From Antechinus flavipes (taxonomy: Eukaryota), in NCBI RefSeq assembly GCF_016432865.1, contig NC_067401.1:297352001-297416000 (forward strand): a stretch of 64,000 nt of DNA. The letters are read 5' to 3'. Below the pieces are notes generated by a model, which searched no databases, was not told the origin of the DNA, and saw only the letters and a list, made by a program, of their open reading frames with translations. Positions 24,901-37,120 of this stretch are shown piece after piece. Both the position numbers and the translations under genes were made by a program. Numbering within the stretch: position 1 is the stretch's first letter; the number at the start of each line of letters is the position of its first letter.

Positions 24901-26339
24901 GTACAGCTGACAACTTTGTGCAATTCTGCCTAAAGTCAAGACATCACTATTTTACACATGAGGAAATTGAGGCAAACAGACTTATTTGAATCAGGAAAAT
25001 GAGTCTTCCTGAGTCCAAGTCTTTGTGCCACCTTTTGTTCAGTCATTTTAAATCATGCTCATTTAGCATTTTCCTGACACAGATACTGAAGTAGTTGCCA
25101 TTTCCTTTTCCAGATCATTTTATAGATGATGATACTGAAGCAAGAAGGATTAAGTGACTTGTCCAGGATCACATATCTAGTGTCTAGAGGCTGGATTTGA
25201 ACTCAGGAAGATGAGTGTTCCTAGCACTCTATCCACTGTGCCACCTAGCTGTCCCTAAAAAATATAGTTACATCCCCATAAAACAAAACAGGTGCCAGAT
25301 ACCTTTAAAAGAGTCAAATACTTTTTATGCAATATATTTTACAAGAATAAGAAATAAAAATACAACTAAACAAGTTATAGCTATCCATTTAGTCAATGAA
25401 CAAGCAGAAAAATAGATCAAAATTGTAAGCCACATAAGAAAACTATTATCCACAGAAATATTCAGAAATTCCAAGATACTTATTTAAACAGTAACTTCAA
25501 AAGTCCTCCCTTGTCAAACACTATGGCAAACAAAAGGTCTATATTACTGGAAGCCAAATCACCACATAATAAAATTTCATGCTATTTTTGTATTTATTCA
25601 ATATAAATATATAGAAATGCAGTTTACATACTACTCCTTAAACACCTGTTACTAGGATCAAAATTATCTGGCAAATTATACAGGTTAAATAATATTATTA
25701 GTCACATCTCAGTAATCTATGCTTACTTGGACAAAGAAGGCTTGGATACCTGAAAACCAGAACAATTCCAAAAATCCAAATCAGTAGAAAGTAGATTGAT
25801 TTCAAGAAAATGTCTTTTAAACAAAAAGAGGGAAGAAATACAGCCAAATAAAGCAAAAATTGAATAACCAGTTCTTGACTTTAAAAACCAGATTTGACTT
25901 TTTAAAATAAGTGAGGCTTTCTAACAAGCTGGATGAAACCTAAGTGTCTTGTCTATATTCCTGACCCTAATGAACAAAAAACCTTTTTTTTTTTTTTTTT
26001 AAGTAAAACTATAACTTACTACCCAAGTACTTATTCAAGACATCTTAGTGATAAACTTAGCATTTATATAACACTTGAAGGTTTTCAAAGTACTTAATAA
26101 ATATTATCTCACTCTTCCCTCACAAAACCTTAAGAGATAAGTGCTATTATTATCACCCCCATCTTATAAATGAGGAAACTGAGGCAGATAGGTTAAATGA
26201 CTTGTTCAAGGTCACAAAGCTCAGTAAATTTCTGAGGCAGCACTGAACTCAGGTCCTAACTCCAAATCCAGCACTCTTATTTATTGTACCACCTAGGAAT
26301 ACAATCTGCTCTGCAAAATGCATATATGAATTAGTTTAT

Positions 26340-27310
26340 AATGAAAAATTATGCAGTAGTAAAACTATCAGAAAAAAATGCTACTCAGGATGATTTCAGA
26401 AAAGCCTGGAGACCCCTCTTCAACAATGTGATGAACCAAATCAGTTCCAATAGAGCAATAATGAATTGAACCAGCTACACCCAGGGAAAGAACTCAGGGA
26501 GATGACTGTGAACCACTACATAGAATTCTCAATCCCTCTATTTTTGTCTGCCTGCATTTTTTATTTCCTGCACAGTTTAACTGTACAATTTCAAAATCTG
26601 ATTCTTTTTGTACAGCAAAATAACTGTATGGACATGTATACATATATTGTATTTAACTTATACTTAACATATTTAATATGTATTGGTCAACCTGCCATCT
26701 GGGAGAGGGGATGCGGGAAGGAAGGGAAAAATTGGAACAAAGGTTTTGCAATTATCAATGCTGAAAAATTACCCATGCATATATCTTGTAAAAAAAAAAA
26801 AAGCTATAATAAAAAAAAGAAAAGAAAAGAAAGGTCTGGAGAGACTTACATGAACTGATGTTAAGTGAAGTGAGTAGAACCAAGAGTACATTGTACATGG
26901 CAACAGCAAGATTATGAGATGATCAACTCTAATGGACTTGGCTCTTTTCCATAATGAGATGATTCAAGCCAATTCCAATGGACTTGTAATGAACAGAGCT
27001 ATCTACTTCCAGAAAGAGAACTGTGGGGACTGAATGTGCTTCACAACATAGTATTTTCATCTTGGCTGTTACTGCTTTATTGCTTCTTTTTTCTTTCTCA
27101 TTTTTTTCTCTTTTTGATATGATTTTTCTTGTGCAGCATGATAAATGTAGGAATATGTATAGAAGAACTGCACATATTTAACTAGTTAGAGGCTGTCTAG
27201 AGAAGGGGGCTGGAGGGAAGGGAAGAAGAAAAATTTGGAACACAAGGTTTTCCAAGGGTAGATGTTGAAAACTATCTTTGTGTATTTTGAAAATAAAAAA
27301 CTATTATTAA
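26340..27310 (+). mobile_element. Old L1 3' end interrupted by a second L1 3' end (about 26413-26825)
   Basis: Host motif GATGATTTCAGAAAAGCCTGGAGA|GACTTACATGAACTG is split by the insert; duplicated AAA(GC/GGT)CTGGAGA flanks it and it has its own polyA. Confidence 0.8.
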
Positions 27311-28442
27311 AAAAATTTTAAGTACTACTAATATCTAACTAAGATTACTTTTTTTCCACTACATTTTCAGAGGTAAAAACTCCAGTAAAGCTTTCATGTC
27401 CTTATTTCTTCATAAGCCCTTTCACTTTGATCTCTTACTAATTGCTATTCTAGTTTCACAGCCTTTGGTTTCTCTTTATCATACCAAATTTCCTAAAGGA
27501 AATCTAACTCTTTAAACATAAAATTAAGTTATGGAAGTAAAATGAATTCAAACATATTCTGGATTTGTGTTTCCTACATCTCAAAAATATTTCCTATTTT
27601 TTCAGGTTCTTAGTTTTCCCCTTGTGAGGTGTCAAAATTAAGGGTTGTTTCGAAACTGTATGAACATATTTCATAATTACACAAAAAGTTGAAAAATCTT
27701 TATATCTGCTACATCTGCCCAAAGTGTTAACTGAATTTGATTTAGGTTTCGGGTCATTTAACTTACTGATAAATCTATTATGCATGAAATAAAATAGCTG
27801 TTGATCTGGGAGAAAGACCACAGGAAAGCAATGATTTAATTACACCAGAATTTTGCTATAAACCAAACTAATATTATTCATGAGTAAATTGAAAGCTAAC
27901 AAAAAAATTTTAAGTGTTTCAGAAACCTAAATATAAGTTATATGTAGGGCCAAGAAAGAAAGAAAAAATTCTTTCAAATTTCTAAGCACATAATCTTCAT
28001 TGAATGAAATAGATAACATTTTAGAAGCTGAAGAACACAGAATTCATAAAATTTCAAATTCCATTAAAGGCACCTTTGCATATCTTACAGAACTTACCGT
28101 GTTTCCCTGATAATAAGACCTATCCCGAAAATAAGCCCCCCCATGTAAGATTCCTCTAAAAATAAGCCCTCCCCCAAAAATAAGCCCTATTGAGATTGCT
28201 GCTGTAGTGAAGGTGGTCCCCTGCGCTACACGCTACATTACGGTACTCTCTGTATGTACCGTCCCCCCCCACCACCAGTGAAACGCACACTGCGCTCTGA
28301 GCTGCATCCAATCAGAGCTGCAGCAGTGAGCGCATCATCCTGTTCTTCCCCAGTGATTTGCTTGCTGGCGCCATTGAGAGCAGTGCTGGGGAGGAGAGCT
28401 AAGGCAGGACAACATAAAAACCCGATATGTAAGCGGGAGTGA

Positions 28443-28640
28443 GGGGGCATGATGGAGGATAAAAGGGGCATGATGGAGGATAAAAGAAGAATTCAGGGGG
28501 CATGATGGAGGATAGAAGAAGAACTCAGGGAGCATCATGGAGGATAGAAGAAGAACTCAGGGAGCATCATGGAGGATAGAAGGAGCACTCAGGGAGCATG
28601 ATGGGGTTAAAACATTATTGAGGGGCATGATGGAGTGAAA
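28443..28640 (+). repeat. 32-bp-period minisatellite inside the transposon
   Basis: Seven GCAT(G/C)ATGG cores at 28447, 28468, 28500, 28532, 28564, 28596 and 28625. Confidence 0.9.
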
Positions 28641-28673
28641 AGAAGGCTTGATGGTCATAATTTTATAATTCTG

Positions 28674-29357
28674 TCTGCACGGGTCACCTGTGTTTTGGCA
28701 ATTCGTTTGGATGGAAAGAAAGCTACACCTCTAATCATCAGTAAGGGCAAGAAAGATAAGATTGAACATGTATCAGGCATTTACGTTCTTGAAACCAAAA
28801 AAGCCTAGTGAACATAAGCCGTTATAAGAAAGTGGGTTGATTTAATGCTGCCACTTGTTGTGCGAGGTAACCAAAGAGGTCTGATAATCTGGGATTCAGC
28901 CAGCACTCACCGCGCTAAAGAAATGAAGAACTTCCTTGCAAAGAGAAGAATAGATCAAGTAAGGATTCCTGCAGGAATGACTGCCTATCTCCACACTCTT
29001 GATATTGCAATAAACAAGCCATTCAAGAACCATTTGCGCATGGAAGTCAATGATTACAATGAAAATAGAATGGAAAGAAATCAGGGTGGAAACTTTGTGA
29101 AGCCCTGTCTGCAAGAAGTCGTGATTTGGGTGAAGAAGTCATGGGATAAAATTACTGACAGCTGTGTCGCCAAGGCACTACAAGCAGGTTACCTGGACAA
29201 GACATGTTCATTTAAAGAGAGCTATATTGCTGGACATGATAGATTGGGTCCACGTCTTCTGAAGGAAATAGAGGCACAAGACATCCAGGATGGAATTCAG
29301 GGTATGGACACTTATGACGATGTTGTTGAAGAAGATGACATGATCATTATTGAATAA
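28674..29357 (+). pseudogene. pogo-family transposase remnant (catalytic domain only)
   Basis: SARVTCVLAIRLDGKKATPLII...KA**T*AVIRKWVDLMLP...LIIWDSASTH...IPAGMTAYLHTLDIAINKPFK. 35 residues between the WDS and TLD aspartates; in-frame stops at 28806, 28809 and 28815; acidic C-terminus; no N-terminal HTH seen. Confidence 0.9.
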
Positions 29358-30600
29358 AGGTACTTTTTTTGGTTCACATTTACCTGTTTATTAAAATTGC
29401 TGTCAATGTTCATTAAAATAAGCCCTACCCTGAAAATAAGCCCTCTGGTGTTTTTCTGTCCCCCCAAAAAATTAATAAGACAGTGTCTTATTATCGGGGA
29501 AACACGGTAGTACTGTGCAAACAAACACAATGTGAACTGAATAAATGTTGATTGTAATTATACTATAATTTCAAGAAAGCAAACCTTGAACTTTACATTC
29601 AAAACTCTCTTATATTAAAAAAGAGGGCTAACAGACTAGATAACTTTTAATATGCCTATAACTTATAAATTTTTTTTTTTGATGAACAAAAATTCATTTT
29701 TTTGTCTCCTCTACTTTTAATAGGGGTGGGGAGAGACGGAGTAGAAAGAGGAAATCTGTAACAAAAATATATTATAAAAACCTCACATTGACCATGTCCA
29801 AAAAAACCCCACAAGTCTCATTCTGTTCCCTGAGTCCATCATCACCAATGAAATAAATAAAACCAAATGTGCTTCTTTAATCTGAATATTGACTTCTGAA
29901 TTTAGCTTCTGAGTAGAAACATCTACCTGTTATGCACAGTAGAAAACACCATGTTGTTTCATTAAAGACAAAAAAAAAATGTGAAATGAAATCCAGAACA
30001 TTAAAACATATCATCAATTCTTGATGCCCTTAATTAGTAGCTGACAGTCATCCACCTCCCTTCTCTGCAGAAGTAAAGGATTATGGGTATGGATGTCAGA
30101 TTTTTTTGACACGGTTAATTTGGTAAATTCTTTTTTTTCTTTGACATAAGGCATCTCTTTTGGGGAGAGAAACAATGAGAAATGTAGGTACCATGAAAAC
30201 AAAAGTATCAATGTAAATTTATTTTTTTTTAATTTTAAAGAGAAAGACAAAAGGTTAAGGCAATACAAGCAGTCAAAGCAACACCAAGAATAAAATAACA
30301 TAAATTAAAAACTATTAAGATGGAGGCTTGATAAACATAAAAATTAGAGGAAATTCCAAAAGAAGGATATGGAAAATATTGTGTCTATATATGATTTAAA
30401 GAAGTCCCAAAGAAAACTTGTACCTTAAAGGAAGTGACAAATTCTATCTCTTCTGCAAAATTGCAAAGTATCCTGTTTTGAAAAGAGCAATAATTATTGA
30501 CTCAACTACTCCACAATTCTGCATGAATTAGTAACAAAGCTTATTCTCTGAAGCAAGCCTATCCCATCTTTCTTAAGGCATGACATAATTACTACCAAAA

Positions 30601-30860
30601 TGTAATGTTTGCGCTAGCTTTCTGGAGGATCTGGAGGCCAGCCCAAGTCCTTGATCTTCATAGAGGAGGCAGGAGAGCCACCAGGATGGTCAAAGATAGA
30701 ATTGTTCCTGATAAGGAATCAATCCTTATATACCTTAGTATAATTACATCATTACAGCATACTGAATATGTATGAACTAGAGCACCATTAATCACCACAG
30801 TAAGTACTAAGTATATGTGAACTAGAGAGCCATCATTTCATCAATCACACTGAGTTAACA
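30601..30860 (-). mobile_element. Probable solo LTR
   Basis: TG...CA ends; minus-strand TATA (GGTATATAAGG); internal direct repeat ATG(T)GAACTAGAG. No clear TSD. Confidence 0.45.
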
Positions 30861-31447
30861 GCTTGTTTCAAGTATACTTCTCCAGAATTCTAGTCCTCTA
30901 CACCAAAACATGAGAACACTAATGACATCTCCCAAAATAGAACAATTACATGGTTGTGTATTTTTATATTTTATACAAAGTATTGACAACTTTTATCACT
31001 CAAAAAACCTTCAAGTAAATAAACTTGGCTGAAAAGCATAGTAAACAGTTACTTCATCCTTCCAAAACTTTCTCCACAATATAAAAATGTAATTTGGATT
31101 CATTAAGTATAAAATTCTTAATCTGTTATACCAAAGACTGGAGAGGGCAGATTGAACTACCAAAAGAAAACCATCTTTAACTTTTCCAGGTAAGACACTA
31201 AGAACATGAAAAGCTGAGAATGAATTTGTTTAAAAAAAAAAAAAAAAAAAGACTGGCTAACAGAAGTCCAGGATTAACACCTAGGCAATACTGGTCTTAA
31301 CATATTTTTGATTGGATGAAATAGAACAGAACAGATCTAAAAGAATACACATCCATAAAAAAAAATTTATACCATATTAACAAAACAAAATTACTCCAAT
31401 GCAATTATAGAAAGATTAATATTACTTATCAAAAAAGTACCCAGTTG

Positions 31448-31599
31448 GGGCAACTGGGTGGTACAGTAGTTAGAGCATCAGCTCTGAAGTCAGAAGGACC
31501 TGAGTTCAAATCTGACCTCAGACACTTAACATTTCCTAGCTGTGTGACCCTGGACAAGTCACTTAAACTCAAATGCCTCAGGGGGGGAAAAAAAAAAAT
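31448..31599 (+). mobile_element. WSINE1-like SINE
   Basis: TSD GTACCCA(G/A)TTG at 31437-31447 and 31600-31610. Confidence 0.85.
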
Positions 31600-33249
31600 G
31601 TACCCAATTGTTATTTTCAGAGCACATGAAAAACAGATTAAAAATTTCTAGAAATACTTGGGAACAAAAAGTTCTTGCTTCACCAAATAATGGTAAAGAC
31701 TAAAAATGGGTACATTCCATTTTCTCCTTGTTCAGTTGGTTTTCAATTGTGTTCAACTCTGGTTTTCAGTCTTGTTTAACTATCCATGACCCCATTTGTT
31801 TGTTTGTTTGTTTGGCAAAGATAATGGAATGATCTGTCATTTTTTTCTCTAGCTCATTTTCAGGATGAGAAACTAAGGCAAACAGGGTTAAATGATTTGC
31901 CCAGAGTCACACAGCTACTAGGTATCTGAGACTACATCTGAACTCAGGAAAATAAATCTTTTTGACTCTAAACCTGGCACTCTATCCACTGCATCATATA
32001 GCTGTCTATATTCCATTGGATATAATCAAAAGTGGTTTACAATACAAAGTTCAAAAGCAAAGAATCAAAAGATTCTCAATGAGCACAATATCCATATGAA
32101 CACAATCAAAACAATTTAACATAAATGGTTAAATTTTTATACATATTTATTGAAATAAAAGAATTAGAAAAGCTAAGGGGCACAGTGGATAGAGTATCAG
32201 ACCTGGAGTCAGAAGGAGCTAAATTCAAATCTAATTTTAGATATTTTTTCACTGACTATATGATCCTGGGTAAGCCATTCTACCCTGTTTGCCTCAATTT
32301 CTTCTTCTGCAAAATAACACGGAGAAGGAAATGGCAAACCACTACAGTATCTTTGCCAGGAAAAGCCCAAATGGGGTCACAAAGAGTGAAACACAATTGA
32401 AATGACTCAACAACAGCAATAATACTGATTCGCAAATCCTTTTATCCAGGCTAAATGTGTCTCCTAACTTTCAATCTTCTACCTCTTTCTTTCAGACCTC
32501 TTGAACTGGATAGCCCAAGAAAATAAAATTCAACATGTCCAAAAATGAATTCATCATCTTTCTTTCTTAAACCTTCCCCTTCCAAACTTCCTTAATATCA
32601 CCATCTACTCAATCTCTGAGGTTCGCATTCTAGATGTCTTCCTCTTCGCCTGTCTCTCACCTTCCATATTCTGGCCAAGGTCTGTTGATTTCACATCTGC
32701 ACCATTTCCCATACAATTGGATAGAAAGTTAGCTAGATAACTACATAAATAAATAGATATCTATTGAGATAGAGAGATGTGATAGAAATAGGTAGAAGGT
32801 GTGTGTAGATATAGATAGATATAGATATATATATATCACACACATACATCTGTTTCTCGCTCTGATATTGCTACCTCTAGCAACGGCCTTCATATCCTCC
32901 CATTACTGTTGTAGCTTGCTGGTTGGCTTACCTGCCACTAGTCTCAACTCACCAAGTGCATCCTAAATTCAACTGAATTGATCTTTCTAAAATGCAGATC
33001 TAATCAAGTCATCCTCATACTCAAATTACAGGGGCTCCCATCACCTACATGTTCAAATAAAAATTGCTCTGCTTGGAATTTAAAGCCCTCCAGACCTCAG
33101 CCACATATTCCTATTTTTCAGTCATCTCATATCTTATGCCCCTCCACATTCTCTTCAATCTAATGAAACTGACCTCTTTGCTACACTTCTAACAAGACAT
33201 ACCATTTCTCGGCTCCAGGTTAGTTCCCCCAGGAGAGACTTACTTGGTT

Positions 33250-33565
33250 TAAGAGCAATTCATAAGAAAAGAACTATAAGTTCTATTAGAAGTTCTATAT
33301 AAGCCAACAAAATGACCAGTCCACCCATCTCATTATAAACAAAACTAAGAAAATTTTAAGCTGCATTAATATAGTGTCCCAAACAAAGGAGGCAATTAAA
33401 TATAAACATAAATCCCACCATAATAAGCAGTGGACAGACCATATCTGTAATACTGCATTCATTCATGAGTACATCATTTTTAAAAAGACATTGATAAGCT
33501 GGAGTATCCAGAAAAACCCAACTAGATTGGATGCACTGAAAAACCATGTCATATAAGGAACAGAA
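33250..33565 (+). mobile_element. CR1/L3 fossil
   Basis: AAGACATTGATAAGCTGGAG...AAACCATGTCATATAAGGAACAG, typical of the CR1 3' region. Confidence 0.65.
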
Positions 33566-35834
33566 AGTATGCATCAAAATGTTAGGCCAATATTTTCTAA
33601 GTATTCAGAAGACTGAAAATATATGAGCTATATTGTGGTAAACTCTGAAAACTTCTTACTGATAGTGACTCTTTTTTTTTTCCTACATGCACAGCTAAGA
33701 GTTCCAATTAAATGAAAAGTGCAGAATTTGCTAAACTTGTAAGATCTGACAATATTTCAGAAGTGTTGAAATAAATCAAATGCAACTTTTTCTAAATATA
33801 TCCAATACCAAAATGAAAGCCTATTTTTCTTCCATTTACTATGAACTTCATCTGTTTATTTTTACATTAAAAAATACAATCTTGCACAAGTGAATTTGAA
33901 TTTAGAATGTCATTTGAGAAAAGAGAACAATTTTGAATAATTTATGATTACTAACATTCGTTTGGAATGGATAAAGCTGAAGGTAACTGAAAACCAACTC
34001 CTACTCACAAAATGGTCTTTTCTACAAAATTAAGTTCTTGATTTGACATTTAAGTTATCACTGCTTGAGTATTTGGCTATTCAAGTTTTTAAAAGAAATT
34101 AAAATATGTTCAAATATAAAAAGATGTTTATTCACAATATACTCCTACATTTGAGTAAATATTCAGAGATCTTTTAAGTACCACCCATAAAACAGTATCA
34201 GACACACCCAAAAGCAAATACCAAAAAGAGAAATATATTGCACAGAAGAATTAATAAAAAAAAAATTAAAATCCAAGAATTCCAGAGGCATTTTCACTAC
34301 CAGTTTCTTACCAAATTTTTTTGGAAGGGATAAGCTGTCAATGAAAATTCAGGAAAAACCTTCAAGATGAAAATCTTAGTTTGCAATAGCAAGTTAACCA
34401 AAGATTAACTACACAACTTTTCTTTCAATACTATTTTTACTAAGTCACAGAATTTTGATCCTTTAAGAAGTCATCCAAATTATGTGGCAAGAACCCAAAT
34501 GTCTGAATCAATAGTAATAATTTCTTAATCAAAAACGTATCACTTTTACTTATAATTTTATCCTTGCAGAACTGAAAGCTATTACCATAGTTTTTTCCTA
34601 ATTCCTTTGTCCTAATTTCAACTTTACCTCCCATTTTCCTACTTTAAAGGACAAGTCTAATTCTTTGCTAATAAAACCTATAGTGAGAAATGTTCCTTTA
34701 TGAAACAGTAATACTGTGACAATGTTCCAAATTGAATTTATTTCTACATATGATGTGTAAATATTTTTGCCCCTAGAAACAGTCACAAGATCAAGGCATG
34801 AGCATTCTTTCTTTACTTAGCTTGCATCCAGCTTTTGAGAATGAGAGCATGTCAAGTAAGTTGTCAAGTCATTTATGAAACACCTACTAATGCGGGTCAA
34901 TGTGTTAAACAGTGGAAATACAAGGGAGGGGAAGCCCCCTTTTTTCAAGGAGTTCAAGAAATCTAACCAAGAAGAAAACATTCAAAGAGATCTACACAAA
35001 TGAGAGATACAGGATGTCTCAAAAATTTCAGTGCAGTTTTAAGCTACTAAAGGTTTGGCAACTTAAAACTGCACTAAGATTTGAAAAAGCTACTAAAGCT
35101 TTTAATTGCACTAAGATTTGGTGGTGGTGGTGAGTCTCTACAGGATAAATTAAAGATAATCTAAGAAGAAAAGTAATAAGGAAGATCGGAAAAGGTATGT
35201 ATTGGTTCATAAACAAAATCCAATGCTGAAAGCCATTCACAAACAACTGAAGTAACCTAAGTAAACCTATCTATAAAGAGAACCACTCTAACATTTTTAA
35301 TTAAGGAAAGCAATTCCCTCCCCAAACTAATTTGTCTCAGCAGATCGGATCAAATTCCACTAAATAGCTCAAGTACGGAAGAAAAAGGCTACGGTGTGTT
35401 TCCAGCACTAAAAATAATCAACAGTGTATCTCCAACATGCAAATCTGTTATCCATTAATCCGACAGAAGAATCACAAATGTTGGGATGGGGAACGGGGAA
35501 CAGGGAACAGGACTAAGCCACCACCCTAATATTAGGTCCCTGGGCCCAGAAAATGAACTGTGGCAATCTCTTCTTCGACTCAGGTGTCCTTTCCACGGTA
35601 GAAAGGGGGTAACCAGTAGTTACGGTTACAAGAAGCAGGGAGTGTTAGGTGGACGCCCCCAGATTTCTGCCTCAGCCTCCCCTCCCCCACGCCAAGGGGA
35701 AGTCCCGAGGGCCCCAGGTGGGCAGGTCGCCGCCTACTCATCAGGAGCCTCAGGAGCCCCAGGAGCTGACCGAAGAGCCCCGAGCAGCGTCCTTCCTTAC
35801 CCCTTACCCCTACCCTATCCCCATCCCGGGCTAC

Positions 35835-36122
35835 CTCGAGCTTGTGGTTAATCTGGGACACAGTCTGTGCTTTATGGCAGAGCTGCGCGAAGCAAGAACT
35901 CAGGCTGGTCATCTTCTGGCGTCCCTCATAAGTGATGTCCGCCTGGTCCGGGTCGATCTCGCCTAGAAGCAGGTCCACGTCCACAAAGGCCTTATCAAAC
36001 TCCTTCTCTAGCACTTCCAGCCACCGGAACATCGACACCCCCCCGGGGGGCACCCCAGAAGCGCAGGAGGCACCCCCGGAGACCCCGCCGGGCCCCGCCG
36101 AGCATGGGCCGCCCGCCGACAT
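35835..36122 (-). CDS. GOPC: GOPC coding exon 1 (96 codons; Gly-rich N-terminus and start of coiled coil)
   Basis: Translates [10 protein letters not shown]...[67 protein letters not shown], recognised as the GOPC N-terminus. Ends at GAG|gtagcc (phase 0) inside a CpG island. Confidence 0.98.
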
Positions 36123-37087
36123 GGCGCTGCTATGGGCCTCCCCCTAGCCTCTCCCGCCGATCCCGGCCACCTGCCCGCGGGAGGGGAACAGCCGGGACCG
36201 AGCGCTCTGAGAGCGCGCCGCTGCCGGTCCTGCCTCCCTGTCCCCTCGCGCAGGTAACGATGGGAACCCAGCTCTAGGGGTAGCAAAGGGATGAAGCAGA
36301 GACTGAAGCTGCTACAGAGGCGGAACTGGCAATACCGTGGGACTGTGTCGCACCCCCCCACACACCTTCCCCCAGTCCCCTTTGCGCATACGCAGAAGCC
36401 GTCTGCCACCGGCGCCGGAGAGGGAGGAGTGGGGAGGGGCAAAGGTCAATGCTTGGCCTGTGATAGGCTCCTGACAAGAGCCCATCCTCTCCGCGGCCAT
36501 CTTGGGTACTGGCAAATTAAGGGGTGGGAGCTCAGAAGAGTTGGAAAGCTTGAGTCGCATCGCTGTCTACGTGGGAAGGCATAGAGGAAGAGTTAGGGAG
36601 TCCACGTCGCGTGGGAGAGTAGTTTCCGTCCATCTGTTCTGTCAGATCCCAAAGTGGAAGGGGCAGTAAGGGGCGCTAAAGCAAGAATGATGTACTACCT
36701 CATACGCGTGCGCAGTAGATACATTTTAGTCTGACACCGTTACCACGTCTTCTCCCGCCCCCCATGTTCTCCGGGCAAGTTGGGGTGACTTGTTTTAGTT
36801 CTTTAGTGTAATGGAATTCTGCCGAATTGTCAGTCCTGGCTTCCTTTGCATCTTCTCCAGCCCATCCTAATGCTTCTTTTTTCTGGTGACCCAGAGTAAG
36901 TACTTAGCCTGGTCAGTCCAATCGACGGGTTATCTGGCCTCGAAATCCCGGGAATGTACCACGCGGGCCCGTGTGCTGCAGGAACGGGAGCGTCCTCTAA
37001 AGACATAACCGCGAAGGTTGCACTGTCCATAAGATGAGGCTAGACGCCCACTTCTTTGTTCGTTCCTTTGGGGCCGATCGTGTACAA

Positions 37088-37120
37088 CCCCCCCCCCTTC
37101 CCCCCCCCCCCCCCCCCCCC
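37088..37120. repeat. Poly-C tract (poly-G on minus)
   Basis: About 30 C interrupted by TT at the edge of the CpG island. Confidence 0.9.

Larger units (their letters stand above)
28097..29507 (+). mobile_element. pogo/Tc2-type (DD35D, Passer-like) DNA transposon, internally deleted
   Basis: TA TSD at 28095-28096 and 29508-29509. 23-bp TIRs CCGTGTTTCCC(T/C)GATAATAAGAC, 22/23 identical. Subterminal AAATAAGCCC repeats. DDE_1-type transposase remnant inside. Confidence 0.93.
35600..37120. promoter_or_regulatory. CpG island / GOPC promoter and 5' UTR
   Basis: Abrupt GC- and CpG-rich region in an otherwise CpG-depleted window, overlapping exon 1. NRF1-like TGCGCATACGCA at 36383-36394 and ACGCGTGCGCA near 36703-36713; YY1-like GGCCATCTTG at 36495-36504. 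Boundaries approximate. Confidence 0.9.

Noticed and set aside
28443-28640. Regularly spaced repeats that superficially resemble a CRISPR array
   Set aside because: Tandem units without unique spacers, no cas genes, eukaryotic context; it is a minisatellite.
35580-35834. C-terminal 84 aa of the 180-aa ORF 35580-36122
   Set aside because: Intron read-through past the GAG|gtag donor; GOPC continues in exon 2 at 20985.
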